Positions 11,868 to 22,184 of a DNA stretch of 64,000 nucleotides are shown one piece after another. Each line of letters opens with the position of its first letter. The first letter of the stretch is position 1. A program made the position numbers and the translations under genes. A model generated the notes under the pieces. That model made no database searches, was not told where the DNA came from, and was given only the letters and a program-made list of their open reading frames with translations. Source of the DNA: Pachysolen tannophilus NRRL Y-2460 (lineage: Eukaryota); the NCBI GenBank assembly GCA_001661245.1, contig KV454013.1, positions 714,502-778,501 of the forward strand, written 5' to 3'.

Positions 11868-12118
11868 TATTCTGAATTCTCTTTACCAATTATTTCATCA
11901 ACTATTTTAAAAATAATTTCATACCTTGTATTTTATTTAAATTATTATATACAAAAAGAAAGAATACACCTTTTTTTTTTTTTAATAGTAAAAAAAAAAG
12001 AAAACAAAACATAAATTATAAAATCAATTTTATTTAGTTAAAAAGATCAATTACCAATTTATTGTTTTAATAAAAATATTAATCATATCCTATAAGGTTC
12101 CTATAGGCTTAGTTAAAT

Positions 12119-12772
12119 CTAAATTGCCTTATCACTCAGCTCCTTTGTTGTTGATTTGTGTTTACGACGATGATGGTGGCGATGGTGGTTGCGGTTGTGG
12201 CTATCAGAACTATTTTTCTGCTTATTTTTGTTTTGTAAATATTCTTCCATTGGATCTTTGAACTCATCATCATTATTGTCATTGTCATTATTCTCCTTTA
12301 TTGTCTTTATAGTGTTACTTGTTTCTTGTAATTCTTCATCACTGCTTTTTTCCAAATCTTTATCTAACTCTTCTTTAATAATTCTTTCATTTTCTTTAAT
12401 TCTTTCCATTTCCTTTGGATCGTCACTTTTAAATGGCTTATATATACAATGATCAACTTTAACTGTTCTATCTAAGATCTTAATACCATTTAAATTATCC
12501 ACTGCTAATATAGTTGAGCGTTGGTCTTCATATTTTAAAAATCCAAACCCTTTTGAATTTCCTGTCTTTGAATCTCGTACTAACTTGAGATCTACAGGTA
12601 CGCCGTATTGAGAAAAGATGGTTAAGATATCACCTTCAGTAAGGTCAAACGGTAAAGACCCAATATATATATATGAACTATCTTTATATTGCTGGTGCCA
12701 TGATGCAGACAGGGAAATGTTATTATCCAATTCCTGTTGGTTTAGCTCTTGAATAGCTCTTATAGAATTCAT
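12119..12772 (-). CDS. IST3: U2 snRNP/RES complex RRM protein Ist3/Snu17
   Basis: Motifs ASWH..YKD, LTEGDILTIFSQYG, GFGFLKYEDQRSTILAVDNLNG and VDH; ATG at 12772 (MNSIRAI). Confidence 0.93.
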   Translation of the reverse strand: MNSIRAIQELNQQELDNNISLSASWHQQYKDSSYIYIGSLPFDLTEGDILTIFSQYGVPVDLKLVRDSKTGNSKGFGFLKYEDQRSTILAVDNLNGIKILDRTVKVDHCIYKPFKSDDPKEMERIKENERIIKEELDKDLEKSSDEELQETSNTIKTIKENNDNDNNDDEFKDPMEEYLQNKNKQKNSSDSHNRNHHRHHHRRKHKSTTKELSDKAI

Positions 12773-12918
12773 TTTTTGAATTTTAAAATAAATTCGAATA
12801 ATAGACAAAAGTGAATTGAAAAAAAAAAATAAATACAAAAAAAAAATACCAAAAAAAAATCACTTATTTTATAAACCAATTATTAGAATAATAATTTGAT
12901 AAATTGTTCAGAAATGAA

Positions 12919-14655
12919 ATGGAATACCGAATAAATCAGAGATTATCTATATCAGATGAACTTTGTACAGTCAAGTATGTGGGAGAAATACCTAATTGGC
13001 CTAATGAACTTTGTTTAGGAATTGAATGGGATAATCATTCAAGAGGTAAAAATAATGGTACTTTAGATGATGTTCGATATTTTTTCACAACGGATGATTT
13101 GAATTCTGGTTCGTTTATTAAAGTGAATTCCAAGAAATTACAAGGGGCTTCTGGGATTGATTTTGTTACAGGTTTAGCTGATAAATACGGCGGTGGTAAT
13201 AGTGGTAATGGTAGTGGTGGCACTGGTGCTACTCGTACCACTGGTACTACGAGTATTGGCGAATTAAGTGGTTTCAACACAAATGATGTCTTCTCAGGTA
13301 AAAAAGATGCAAATAATAAAGAAATCAAAATTGGTTCCAAGATAGTGGAAAGTTATGGGTTTGATAAATTAGATGAAATCCAATCCAATTTCCATAATTT
13401 AGAGATTATTTCGTTAGACAAGATGAAGATAGGGTTACCATCACAGTCTCTTGTATTGGATAGATTAGTGACTTTGGATTTAAGCTTTAATTTGTTTGAT
13501 GATTTAAACTCTGTTTTGAAAATGATAATAAATTTTAAAAATTTAAAAAATTTAAATTTAAGTGGGAATAAATTTATTAATTCAACTATAATAAATCATG
13601 GGTACATTCATACTTCACTTAAGCAATTACAAATGGCAAAGACAATGATTAATGATATTAACATACTTTGTATTATACAAATTTTCCCCAATATAACAGA
13701 TTTGGATTTATCTTTTAATGATTTAAGTGAGAAATCTATAACTATATTACAAAAAATAAACAAGTTGAAAAATTTAGAAAAATTAGAAATGTCATTTAAT
13801 AAGTTTAAAATATTACCCTTTTCAATATTGTCTACAAGTTTTAAAAATAAATTAACAAGATTAATCATCAACGATAATAATATAAATATTAATTCTATTC
13901 CTATAGATTTGGAAAATTTTGATAAACTTGTTGAACTAGATATACGAGGTAATTTAATTCAAAATTGGAAAGAGATTGATAATTTAAATAAGATTTTTCC
14001 TCAATTAACAAAACTAAGAATTAATGATAATCCATTATTCCCCAATATTGATCATAGTAATGTAAAAACTGATCAAAGTGGTAATTTTAATACTTTAGAT
14101 CTTTCAATAATTCATTTATTAGTTAGATGTAATAAGAATCTTTCTGTATTAAATAGGACAAAGATTACAAATAAGGAAAGAGAAAATTATGAATTATTTT
14201 TCATTTCAAAGATAAAGCAAAGAAAAGATTTAACAAAGGACGAATATGATTTAGTAAATTTTTCCAATACAAATCGTTGGTTAGAGTTATGTCGATTATA
14301 CGATATCAATCCAAATTTTATACAAAAATTACAACAACAACAACAACAACAAGAACAAGAATTGGAAAGTTTAAACTCAAGCACTAGTGGGAAACTACTT
14401 TGGAAATCTAGTATTTTGACACTTTTCATTTCATATAAAGATAAAGGACAAAATTTCCATCTATTTAAGAATTATACGATTGGGAAGTTAAAAGGTTTAA
14501 TAAGTTTAAAAATATTCAATAGCACACGGACAATTTTGGATTTTAAAATATATTACTTGCTCAATGGTAAAATTAAAAATTATTTAGATGATGATTTATT
14601 ATTGTTATTATCCAGTAGTGGATTAGAAGATAATGAAATCATTTATATAGAATAA
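12919..14655 (+). CDS. PAC2: Tubulin-folding cofactor E (CAP-Gly + LRR + Ubl)
   Basis: CAP-Gly motif TVKYVG..GIEWD..RGKNNG, leucine-rich repeats and ERENYELFF; adjacent to TMA20 as in S. cerevisiae; ATG at 12919. Confidence 0.9.
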   Translation: MEYRINQRLSISDELCTVKYVGEIPNWPNELCLGIEWDNHSRGKNNGTLDDVRYFFTTDDLNSGSFIKVNSKKLQGASGIDFVTGLADKYGGGNSGNGSGGTGATRTTGTTSIGELSGFNTNDVFSGKKDANNKEIKIGSKIVESYGFDKLDEIQSNFHNLEIISLDKMKIGLPSQSLVLDRLVTLDLSFNLFDDLNSVLKMIINFKNLKNLNLSGNKFINSTIINHGYIHTSLKQLQMAKTMINDINILCIIQIFPNITDLDLSFNDLSEKSITILQKINKLKNLEKLEMSFNKFKILPFSILSTSFKNKLTRLIINDNNININSIPIDLENFDKLVELDIRGNLIQNWKEIDNLNKIFPQLTKLRINDNPLFPNIDHSNVKTDQSGNFNTLDLSIIHLLVRCNKNLSVLNRTKITNKERENYELFFISKIKQRKDLTKDEYDLVNFSNTNRWLELCRLYDINPNFIQKLQQQQQQQEQELESLNSSTSGKLLWKSSILTLFISYKDKGQNFHLFKNYTIGKLKGLISLKIFNSTRTILDFKIYYLLNGKIKNYLDDDLLLLLSSSGLEDNEIIYIE

Positions 14656-14669
14656 AAGAAACACTTTGG

Positions 14670-15159
14670 TTTTTTTTTTTCTTTCAATCTAATGATAAAT
14701 TCCATAAACCATCACCTAAATAATGAATTAATTCAATACCAATACCTTTATTTATTGATTTGATTTCGTCGGTGCTCATAACCAATTTACCTATAGCTAA
14801 AGCATTTTCTTTACCTTCAGCGTTAATAATTACAATTGTACCTTTTGGTAAATTTTCTTGAGGTAATTTTGCACCTTTAGAAGTTAAACCTGGACACATT
14901 ATATTAGCTCCACTTAATACAAATTTAATAGCACCTCTATCTACTTGTACAGTTTGAAAACATGAAGGATATTTATGAACAATTTTTAAAAAAGGAAGTA
15001 CCTCATCTTGTTGTTGATATATGACCACATTATCATCTATACTGTATAACAGAATCTTATCTTCACACTTGTGAAGCACCAATTGTGATTTCTTCGGTAT
15101 TATAACATCTACTACAGCTTCCAACCCGGGATATTCTTGAATAAGATTGGATTTTAAAC
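14670..15159. repeat. Duplicate of 15271-15760 (3' part of TMA20) abutting an N-gap; probable assembly artefact
   Basis: Offset 601; appears identical and ends exactly at the N-run. Confidence 0.9.
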
Positions 15160-15270
15160 NNNNNNNNNNNNNNNNNNNNNNNNNNNNNNNNNNNNNNNNN
15201 NNNNNNNNNNNNNNNNNNNNNNNNNNNNNNNNNNNNNNNNNNNNNNNNNNNNNNNNNNNNNNNNNNNNNN
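15160..15270. other. Assembly gap (N-run)
   Basis: Run of n characters. Confidence 1.
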
Positions 15271-15284
15271 TTTTTTTTTTTCTT

Positions 15285-15949
15285 TCAATCTAATGATAAA
15301 TTCCATAAACCATCACCTAAATAATGAATTAATTCAATACCAATACCTTTATTTATTGATTTGATTTCGTCGGTGCTCATAACCAATTTACCTATAGCTA
15401 AAGCATTTTCTTTACCTTCAGCGTTAATAATTACAATTGTACCTTTTGGTAAATTTTCTTGAGGTAATTTTGCACCTTTAGAAGTTAAACCTGGACACAT
15501 TATATTAGCTCCACTTAATACAAATTTAATAGCACCTCTATCTACTTGTACAGTTTGAAAACATGAAGGATATTTATGAACAATTTTTAAAAAAGGAAGT
15601 ACCTCATCTTGTTGTTGATATATGACCACATTATCATCTATACTGTATAACAGAATCTTATCTTCACACTTGTGAAGCACCAATTGTGATTTCTTCGGTA
15701 TTATAACATCTACTACAGCTTCCAACCCGGGATATTCTTGAATAAGATTGGATTTTAAACCTCTTTGAACTGATGATTTAATATTTGAACGTGAATGAAT
15801 ATCTTCTTTTGTAAATCTTGACAAAAATAAAAAAATAAAAAATTAAAACAAAACTGTTAGCACAATCATTCAATGACAATTAAAGATAGAAAACAAAAAA
15901 AAAAAAAAAAAAAGAGAGAGATATATTGATGTACTTACTTTTTAAACAT
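15285..15949 (-). CDS. TMA20: Tma20/MCT-1 PUA-domain translation factor; exons 15949-15939 and 15816-15285
   Basis: Spliced product begins MFKKFTKEDIHSRS; motif VDRGAIKFVLSGANIMCPGLTS...HYLGDGLW. Confidence 0.95.
15817..15938 (-). other. Spliceosomal intron of TMA20 (122 nt)
   Basis: 5' GTAAGT, branch TGCTAAC, U-rich tract and 3' AAG; splicing restores the frame and the conserved MFKKF start. Confidence 0.9.
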
Positions 15950-16607
15950 TTTTTTTTATAATTACTTATTATTCTTAATAGTTTATAATAGCTTATAAAA
16001 AATATAATATAATATAATATAAAAGTATGCCCAATTTGGCTAATTTTAAAATAATTTTTTTTTTCTCAAATTTTTTTTTGGTTTTTTTTTGGCACTTCAT
16101 CACACGACTATGATTTGGATAATACAAACACGACTAAAATTAGTGTCCATGTCCAAGTCGGTGTTCATGTTTGTGTCCGTGTCAGTGTGACTTTTATTTT
16201 TTTTTCAACTGGGGCGCTCTAGATTTGAGTAAATGCACACTCTTTGCACGACCATTACCAACTTTAAGGGCTGGACCTAAATTTTATTAAAACCCAGTTT
16301 TTTTCCTCCACAAAGCCCCCAAATATTGACGTACAGCATAAAAAAAAAAAAAAAAAAAACACTTTTAGTCGTGGACGTAAACTACAAATAAAAGTTCTTT
16401 TAGTGCTCAAAATTACGCGTGCTCGTTTACTTCTCACTACTAAACACGGCCTTTTCCACATAGTAAAACAGAGTAAAAAGTCTGAGTATATTAGGGCACT
16501 AACATTTTTGTTGATTTTTTTTTTTTTTTTTTTTTTTTTTTCTATTTTCTTGATTTCGTATGGTGGTGAAAATTTTTGTATGGAATTTTTCATATTTAAT
16601 AATTGTC

Positions 16608-16646
<39 letters not shown>

Positions 16647-16684
16647 TATATACAAGTAATTAATTTGGGATTTAGTATATAATC

Positions 16685-18274
16685 ATGTCAGTTGATTTAC
16701 AGGATCAAGCTCCGGATATTGTGATTGGTGGCTCGTTGGATGAGAATCAACCACCTTCTCATAATTATGCTAGTGATCAAGAAGAAGAACATGATGAACG
16801 TGAACAAGAAGAAGAATTAAAACAAGCCAAGAAACTGGTATCATTTGCTGGTTTGGATGATTTTGAAGATGAAGAAGAAAAACGTCAGAGAGAGTTTGAA
16901 GAAGGTGGTGGACTTCCAGAACAACCAGAAAATCCAGATTTTTCAAAATTAACTCCACTTTCTCCAGAAATTATTAATAGACAAGCAACAATTAATATTG
17001 GTACTATAGGTCATGTTGCTCATGGTAAATCTACAGTGGTTAAAGCCATTTCAGGAGTTCAAACAGTTCGTTTTAAAGATGAATTGGAAAGAAATATTAC
17101 TATTAAATTAGGTTATGCAAATGCAAAGATTTATAAATGTGATAATGAAGAATGTTTAGAACCAGGTTGTTATAGATCTTTTAAATCGGATAGAGAAATT
17201 TCTCCAAAATGTGAAAGAGAAGGTTGTTCTGGCCGTTATAAATTGGTACGTCACGTTTCATTTGTTGATTGTCCAGGGCATGATATTCTTATGAGTACTA
17301 TGTTATCAGGTGCTGCAGTAATGGATGCTGCACTTTTACTTATTGCAGGTAATGAAAGTTGTCCACAACCACAAACTTCAGAACATCTTGCAGCTATTGA
17401 AATTATGAAGTTGAAACATGTTATTATTTTACAAAATAAAGTTGATTTAATGAGAGAAGAAACTGCATTACAACATGAAAAATCTATTTTAAAATTTATT
17501 AGAGGTACTATTGCAGATGGTGCTCCAATTGTTCCTATCTCTGCTCAGTTGAAATATAATATTGATGCAGTAAATGAATTTATAGTCAATACTATTCCAG
17601 TACCACCAAGAGATTTTAGTGCTTCTCCAAGATTAATTGTTATTAGATCATTTGATGTTAATAAACCAGGAGCAGAAATCGGTGATCTTAAAGGTGGTGT
17701 CGCTGGTGGATCCATCTTGACCGGTGTGTTTAAAATTGGTGATGAAATCGAAATTAGACCAGGTATTGTTACAAAAGATGATAATGGTAAAATTCAATGT
17801 AAACCAATTTTTAGTAAAATTGTATCACTTTTCGCTGAACATAATGATTTAAAATTTGCAGTTCCTGGTGGATTAATCGGTGTTGGTACTAAAGTCGATC
17901 CTACCTTATGTAGAGCTGATAGATTAGTTGGTCAAGTTGTTGGAGCAAAAGGACATTTACCTTCCATTTATACCGATATCGAAATTAATTATTTCCTTTT
18001 AAGAAGATTATTAGGTGTTAAAACTGATGGTCTGAAACAAGCAAAAGTTAGAAAATTAGAAACAAATGAAGTCTTAATGGTTAACATTGGATCCACAGCA
18101 ACAGGTGCAAGAGTCGTTGCTGTAAAAGCAGATATGGCAAGATTACAATTAACAGCACCAGCATGTACTGAAATTAACGAAAAAATTGCATTAAGTAGAA
18201 GAATTGAAAAACATTGGCGTTTAATCGGTTGGGCCACCATTAAAAAGGGTACTACTTTAGAGCCATTGAATTGA
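16685..18274 (+). CDS. GCD11: Translation initiation factor eIF2 gamma
   Basis: Motifs [29 protein letters not shown] and [13 protein letters not shown]. Confidence 0.98.
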   Translation: MSVDLQDQAPDIVIGGSLDENQPPSHNYASDQEEEHDEREQEEELKQAKKLVSFAGLDDFEDEEEKRQREFEEGGGLPEQPENPDFSKLTPLSPEIINRQATINIGTIGHVAHGKSTVVKAISGVQTVRFKDELERNITIKLGYANAKIYKCDNEECLEPGCYRSFKSDREISPKCEREGCSGRYKLVRHVSFVDCPGHDILMSTMLSGAAVMDAALLLIAGNESCPQPQTSEHLAAIEIMKLKHVIILQNKVDLMREETALQHEKSILKFIRGTIADGAPIVPISAQLKYNIDAVNEFIVNTIPVPPRDFSASPRLIVIRSFDVNKPGAEIGDLKGGVAGGSILTGVFKIGDEIEIRPGIVTKDDNGKIQCKPIFSKIVSLFAEHNDLKFAVPGGLIGVGTKVDPTLCRADRLVGQVVGAKGHLPSIYTDIEINYFLLRRLLGVKTDGLKQAKVRKLETNEVLMVNIGSTATGARVVAVKADMARLQLTAPACTEINEKIALSRRIEKHWRLIGWATIKKGTTLEPLN

Positions 18275-18620
18275 ATTTTCCCAAATCTTATTTTTTTTTA
18301 TTTTTATTTCATTTTTTATCATTTCATAGGTGTAAATTATTAATTAGTTTCTGAGTTACTTTTTATTTTTTTTTTTTTTTTTTTTTTCTTTTCTTTTTTT
18401 TTTACATTATTTTTATTTATTGACGAAATTTGTTTTCTACTTTGGAAAAATGGTCTGTTAGCTAGGAATAGAAAAAGGAAATGAAAAGAATCATTAAGAG
18501 TATTTATTTTAAATAGTAGTTGAACTGTTGTTGTTCAAAGTTATTAAATTCATCTTATTGCTTACGTAATTTTTTTTTTATTTTATTTTTCATAGTACAA
18601 AAAATTTTTTTTTTAAAAAG

Positions 18621-18631
18621 TGAAAAATTTT
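18621..18631 (+). promoter_or_regulatory. RRPE element upstream of DRS1
   Basis: TGAAAAATTTT about 80 bp upstream of a ribosome-biogenesis gene. Confidence 0.6.
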
Positions 18632-18711
18632 GTAGATGATATCTCTATCTATTTTGTAGATATAACCATTCTTAATCGAAGGTATAGTTATTGACATTAT
18701 AGGTTTTGGAA

Positions 18712-21059
18712 ATGGCTCCAAAATCATCTGCAGTAAAGAGGAAGCAGCAGCGGGGACAACAGAAAGTTGCCAAAGTTGCACCAGTTGATGATTTTTTGTT
18801 CACAATCAACTCGGATAGTGAAGAAGATATACCAGATTTAGATGAAAGCGATGAGGAAGAAGAAGAAAAAAAGAAAAAGAGATTCAAAAAGTTATAAAGA
18901 CAAATTCGAAAAAACTGAAGAAAGCAAAGAAGAATGCTGCTGAAAATAACGATGAAGATAATTTAGCTAGTAAGGACCTTAATCCAGAATTTAGATTTCA
19001 ATTGGACGATGATATATCATCTTACTCAAATTTTGATGGATGGGATTTCCAAGTTGATGATAAACAGCAAAGTTCTTCCACAGGTGTGGTAAGCACAGAT
19101 GTTGATTTAGATAGCATTATTAGAAGGAAAGGTGGATTAGCACAAGTTGCAAATGTGGGTGTGACCGATTCTCTATCTGCGGCTGAAGAAGATGAAGATG
19201 ATGATGAAGATGAAGAAACGAATGAATCTGGAGAGGATGAAGATGAAGATGAACTAGCAATGGATGGTTTTGGAATGGGAATAACCGCATCTGACAAAAA
19301 AGATCATGAAGAAGAGGAGTCTGAAGAAGAATCGGAAGAAGAGGGGAAACAAAATGGTGAAGAGGAGCTAGTTGAAGAAGAGTTGAAACTTTCAAATAAA
19401 GATAAACGAGATAAACAAGAAGAACTGGAATCGGAGGATACAGTTGAAGAAATGGCCCAATTTTATGCATCGGATTCAGAAACTCCTGGTTATGAAAAAT
19501 TGGTACACAAGAGTTTTCAAACATTATCATTATCTCGACCAGTGTTGAAAGGATTGGCACAATTAGGTTATACAAGACCAACACCAATCCAAAGCGCATC
19601 TATTCCTATATCTTTATTGGGTAAAGATATAGTTGCAGGTGCTGTTACTGGTTCAGGTAAGACTGCAGCTTATATGATTCCAATTATTGAAAGATTGTTG
19701 TATAAACCAACAAAGATTCCTGCAACAAGGGTTATTGTTCTTGCTCCAACAAGAGAATTGGCAATTCAAGTTTGTGATGTTGGTAAGAAAATAGGACAAT
19801 TTGTGAATGGTTTAACATTTGGTTTAGCTGTTGGTGGTTTGAATTTGAGACAACAAGAACAAGAATTAAAATCAAGACCAGATATTGTTATTGCTACTCC
19901 TGGTAGATTTATCGATCATATTAGAAACTCTCCAAGTTTTAATGTAGATAGTGTTGAAGTATTAGTGTTTGATGAAGCAGATAGAATGTTAGAAGAAGGT
20001 TTCCAATCTGAATTAACTGAGATATTATCTTTACTTCCTACAAAGAGACAAACCTCATTATTTTCTGCAACAATGAATTCAAAGATTAAGTCATTGATTC
20101 AATTAGGATTAAATAAACCTGTTAGAATTATGATTGATCCTCCAAAACAAGCAGCAACAGGGTTGGTGCAAGAATTTGTTAGGATCAGGAAAAGAGAATC
20201 ATTAAAGCCTGCTGTATTATTCAATATTCTCAAGAAAATTGATTCAAAACAACAAAATCGTATTGTTGTCTTTGTTTCAAGAAAGGAAATGGCCCACAAA
20301 TTAAGAATCATATTAGGTTTATTAGGTATTAAAGTTGCAGAATTGCATGGATCTCTTTCTCAAGAACAACGTTTAAAAAGTATAACAGATTTTAAAAACT
20401 TGAAAGTACCAGTTTTAATATGTACTGATTTAGCTTCTAGAGGTTTAGATATTCCAAAGATTGAATTTGTTTTAAATTATGATATGCCTAAAAATTTTGA
20501 AATTTATCTTCATAGAGTTGGTCGTACTGCAAGAGCTGGGAGAGAAGGTAGATCTATATCATTTGTTGGAGAAAAATCTCAAGATCGTGCCATTGTTAAA
20601 GATGCAATCAAAAGTGTTGAATCCAATAAATCCGGGAAGGCTGTTGGTAGAAATGTTGATTGGAAAGAAGTTGAAGAAATCAACAAGATTTTAGAACTGA
20701 AAAAAGATATTATTGAAGAAATCTTGATTGAAGAAAAACAAGAAAAGGAAATTTTACAAGCTGAAATGGAATTGAAAAAAGGTGAAAACTTGTTGAAATA
20801 TAAAGATGAAATCCTGTCAAGACCTAAGAGAACTTGGTTCCAAACTGAAGCTGAAAAGAAAATAAATAATCCATTACTTATGGGTAAAGAGAAAAAATTG
20901 AATAGCAAGAGAAAGAAGGCAAACGAGGCAAAGGAAGAAACTGGAAGAAGCTACAAAAAGACAAAAACTGATAGATCTGAAAACCAGAAGCTGGCATATG
21001 CAAAACAAAGCCATGTCAAGAAGGACAAGAAGAAAAATAAGAGAAAGATGAAGAAATGA
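18712..21059 (+). CDS. DRS1: DEAD-box RNA helicase Drs1 (60S biogenesis); reading frame broken near 18865-18873
   Basis: Motifs [30 protein letters not shown] and RPKRTWF. The N-terminal DFLFTINSD segment is in one frame; DLNPEFRF and the helicase core are in the -1 frame. Confidence 0.92.
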
Positions 21060-21321
21060 ATCAATTCTATAGATGGTTAGAAGCCAGTATATTATAATAT
21101 AAGTAGTGTAAAGTAATACCAAAACTGATTTATTTTATTATTAAAAAAAAACAGCTGTGAATTTGTACAAAACATCTAGAGTAGAAGAACCTTTGAAAGA
21201 AGATCACTTCATATTTAATTATTGAAGAAAGTTTTTTCAACTTTTTTTTTTTAATTTTTGCGTTTTTTTTCTGTCTGGGTTTGCTGTTTGGGCCTAATAT
21301 CCAAAAGGATCTGAAAAGACC

Positions 21322-21945
21322 ATGGCTTCATTGTTAAAGAGAATAACGGACGAAATGTCAAAGTCACATATAAAGTATTCAAGTTTAATACACTTTGAGT
21401 CGTTTAATGACACGTTTTCACCATCAAGAATCTTTCTGCAAATAATAATATTACAATCTTTTTATTATATAACTGCTGTGGCGATGTTTTGCTTCTTAGC
21501 GTCATTATCTGGTTACCCATTCACATTTGATTGGATTTTCAGTTGGGAGCCAATAACTTTTCAAAATGCTTTAGGGCTTACATTAACAATATTATGGATT
21601 ATTGATAGTTTTGTATGTATTATATTTATGACCATAATAGTGGGTAGGTCGAAATTAGCTTGGGATTTTGCTTTAACTATACATGCTATTAATTTTTGTG
21701 TATGTTGGATTTATTCGGGGAAATTGCCTAGTTCGATGCTTTGGTGGGGCTTACAAATAGTGTCTTCTGTAATCTTGGTAAGTTTGGGAACTTGGACCTC
21801 ACGTTGGAGAGAATTAAGAGATACTTTCTTTGATGGATTAACTGATACAGAATTGGGAAATAATGACAATAATGAAGGGGAGACAATTGCAATGAAGGAT
21901 ATGTCTCGTCAGAATAATATTAATGAAGAGGAGCATAATAAATAA
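21322..21945 (+). CDS. SYS1: Golgi integral membrane protein Sys1
   Basis: Motifs QIIILQSFYY, IFSW, VGRSKLAWDFALTIH and RWREL; convergent with CYR1 as in S. cerevisiae YJL004C/YJL005W. Confidence 0.92.
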   Translation: MASLLKRITDEMSKSHIKYSSLIHFESFNDTFSPSRIFLQIIILQSFYYITAVAMFCFLASLSGYPFTFDWIFSWEPITFQNALGLTLTILWIIDSFVCIIFMTIIVGRSKLAWDFALTIHAINFCVCWIYSGKLPSSMLWWGLQIVSSVILVSLGTWTSRWRELRDTFFDGLTDTELGNNDNNEGETIAMKDMSRQNNINEEEHNK

Positions 21946-22184
21946 ATAAACAAATAAATAAATAAATAAATAAAATAGAAAACTGTGACTTTTTTTTCAT
22001 CTTTACAAGCTCATGTATATTACAAATAGTTCTATTTAGCATTAATATTATATTCATGTTTTTTTTAACAATAAAAAGAAAAAAAAAAAAAATTGTGTAA
22101 AATTAATAAAGTTGATCTAATAATACATCGTAATAAATTAAAAACATGAAAACAGAAAATTCAAAAAAAAAAAAAAAGTAAACC

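Noticed and set aside
14670..15760. Apparent tandem duplication of TMA20 (ORF 14684-15124)
   Set aside because: Same pattern: an apparently identical copy that terminates at the N-gap, so an assembly artefact.
16264..16612. ORFs of 109 aa (-) and 69 aa (+) in the GCD11 promoter
   Set aside because: They are produced by poly-A/T tracts (poly-K and poly-F) and show no recognisable domain.
19022..19599. Antisense ORFs over DRS1, and similar shadow ORFs over CYR1, MPH1, SDD3, PAC2 and UTP8
   Set aside because: They are reverse-frame shadows of codon-biased or low-complexity genes with no independent coding signal.
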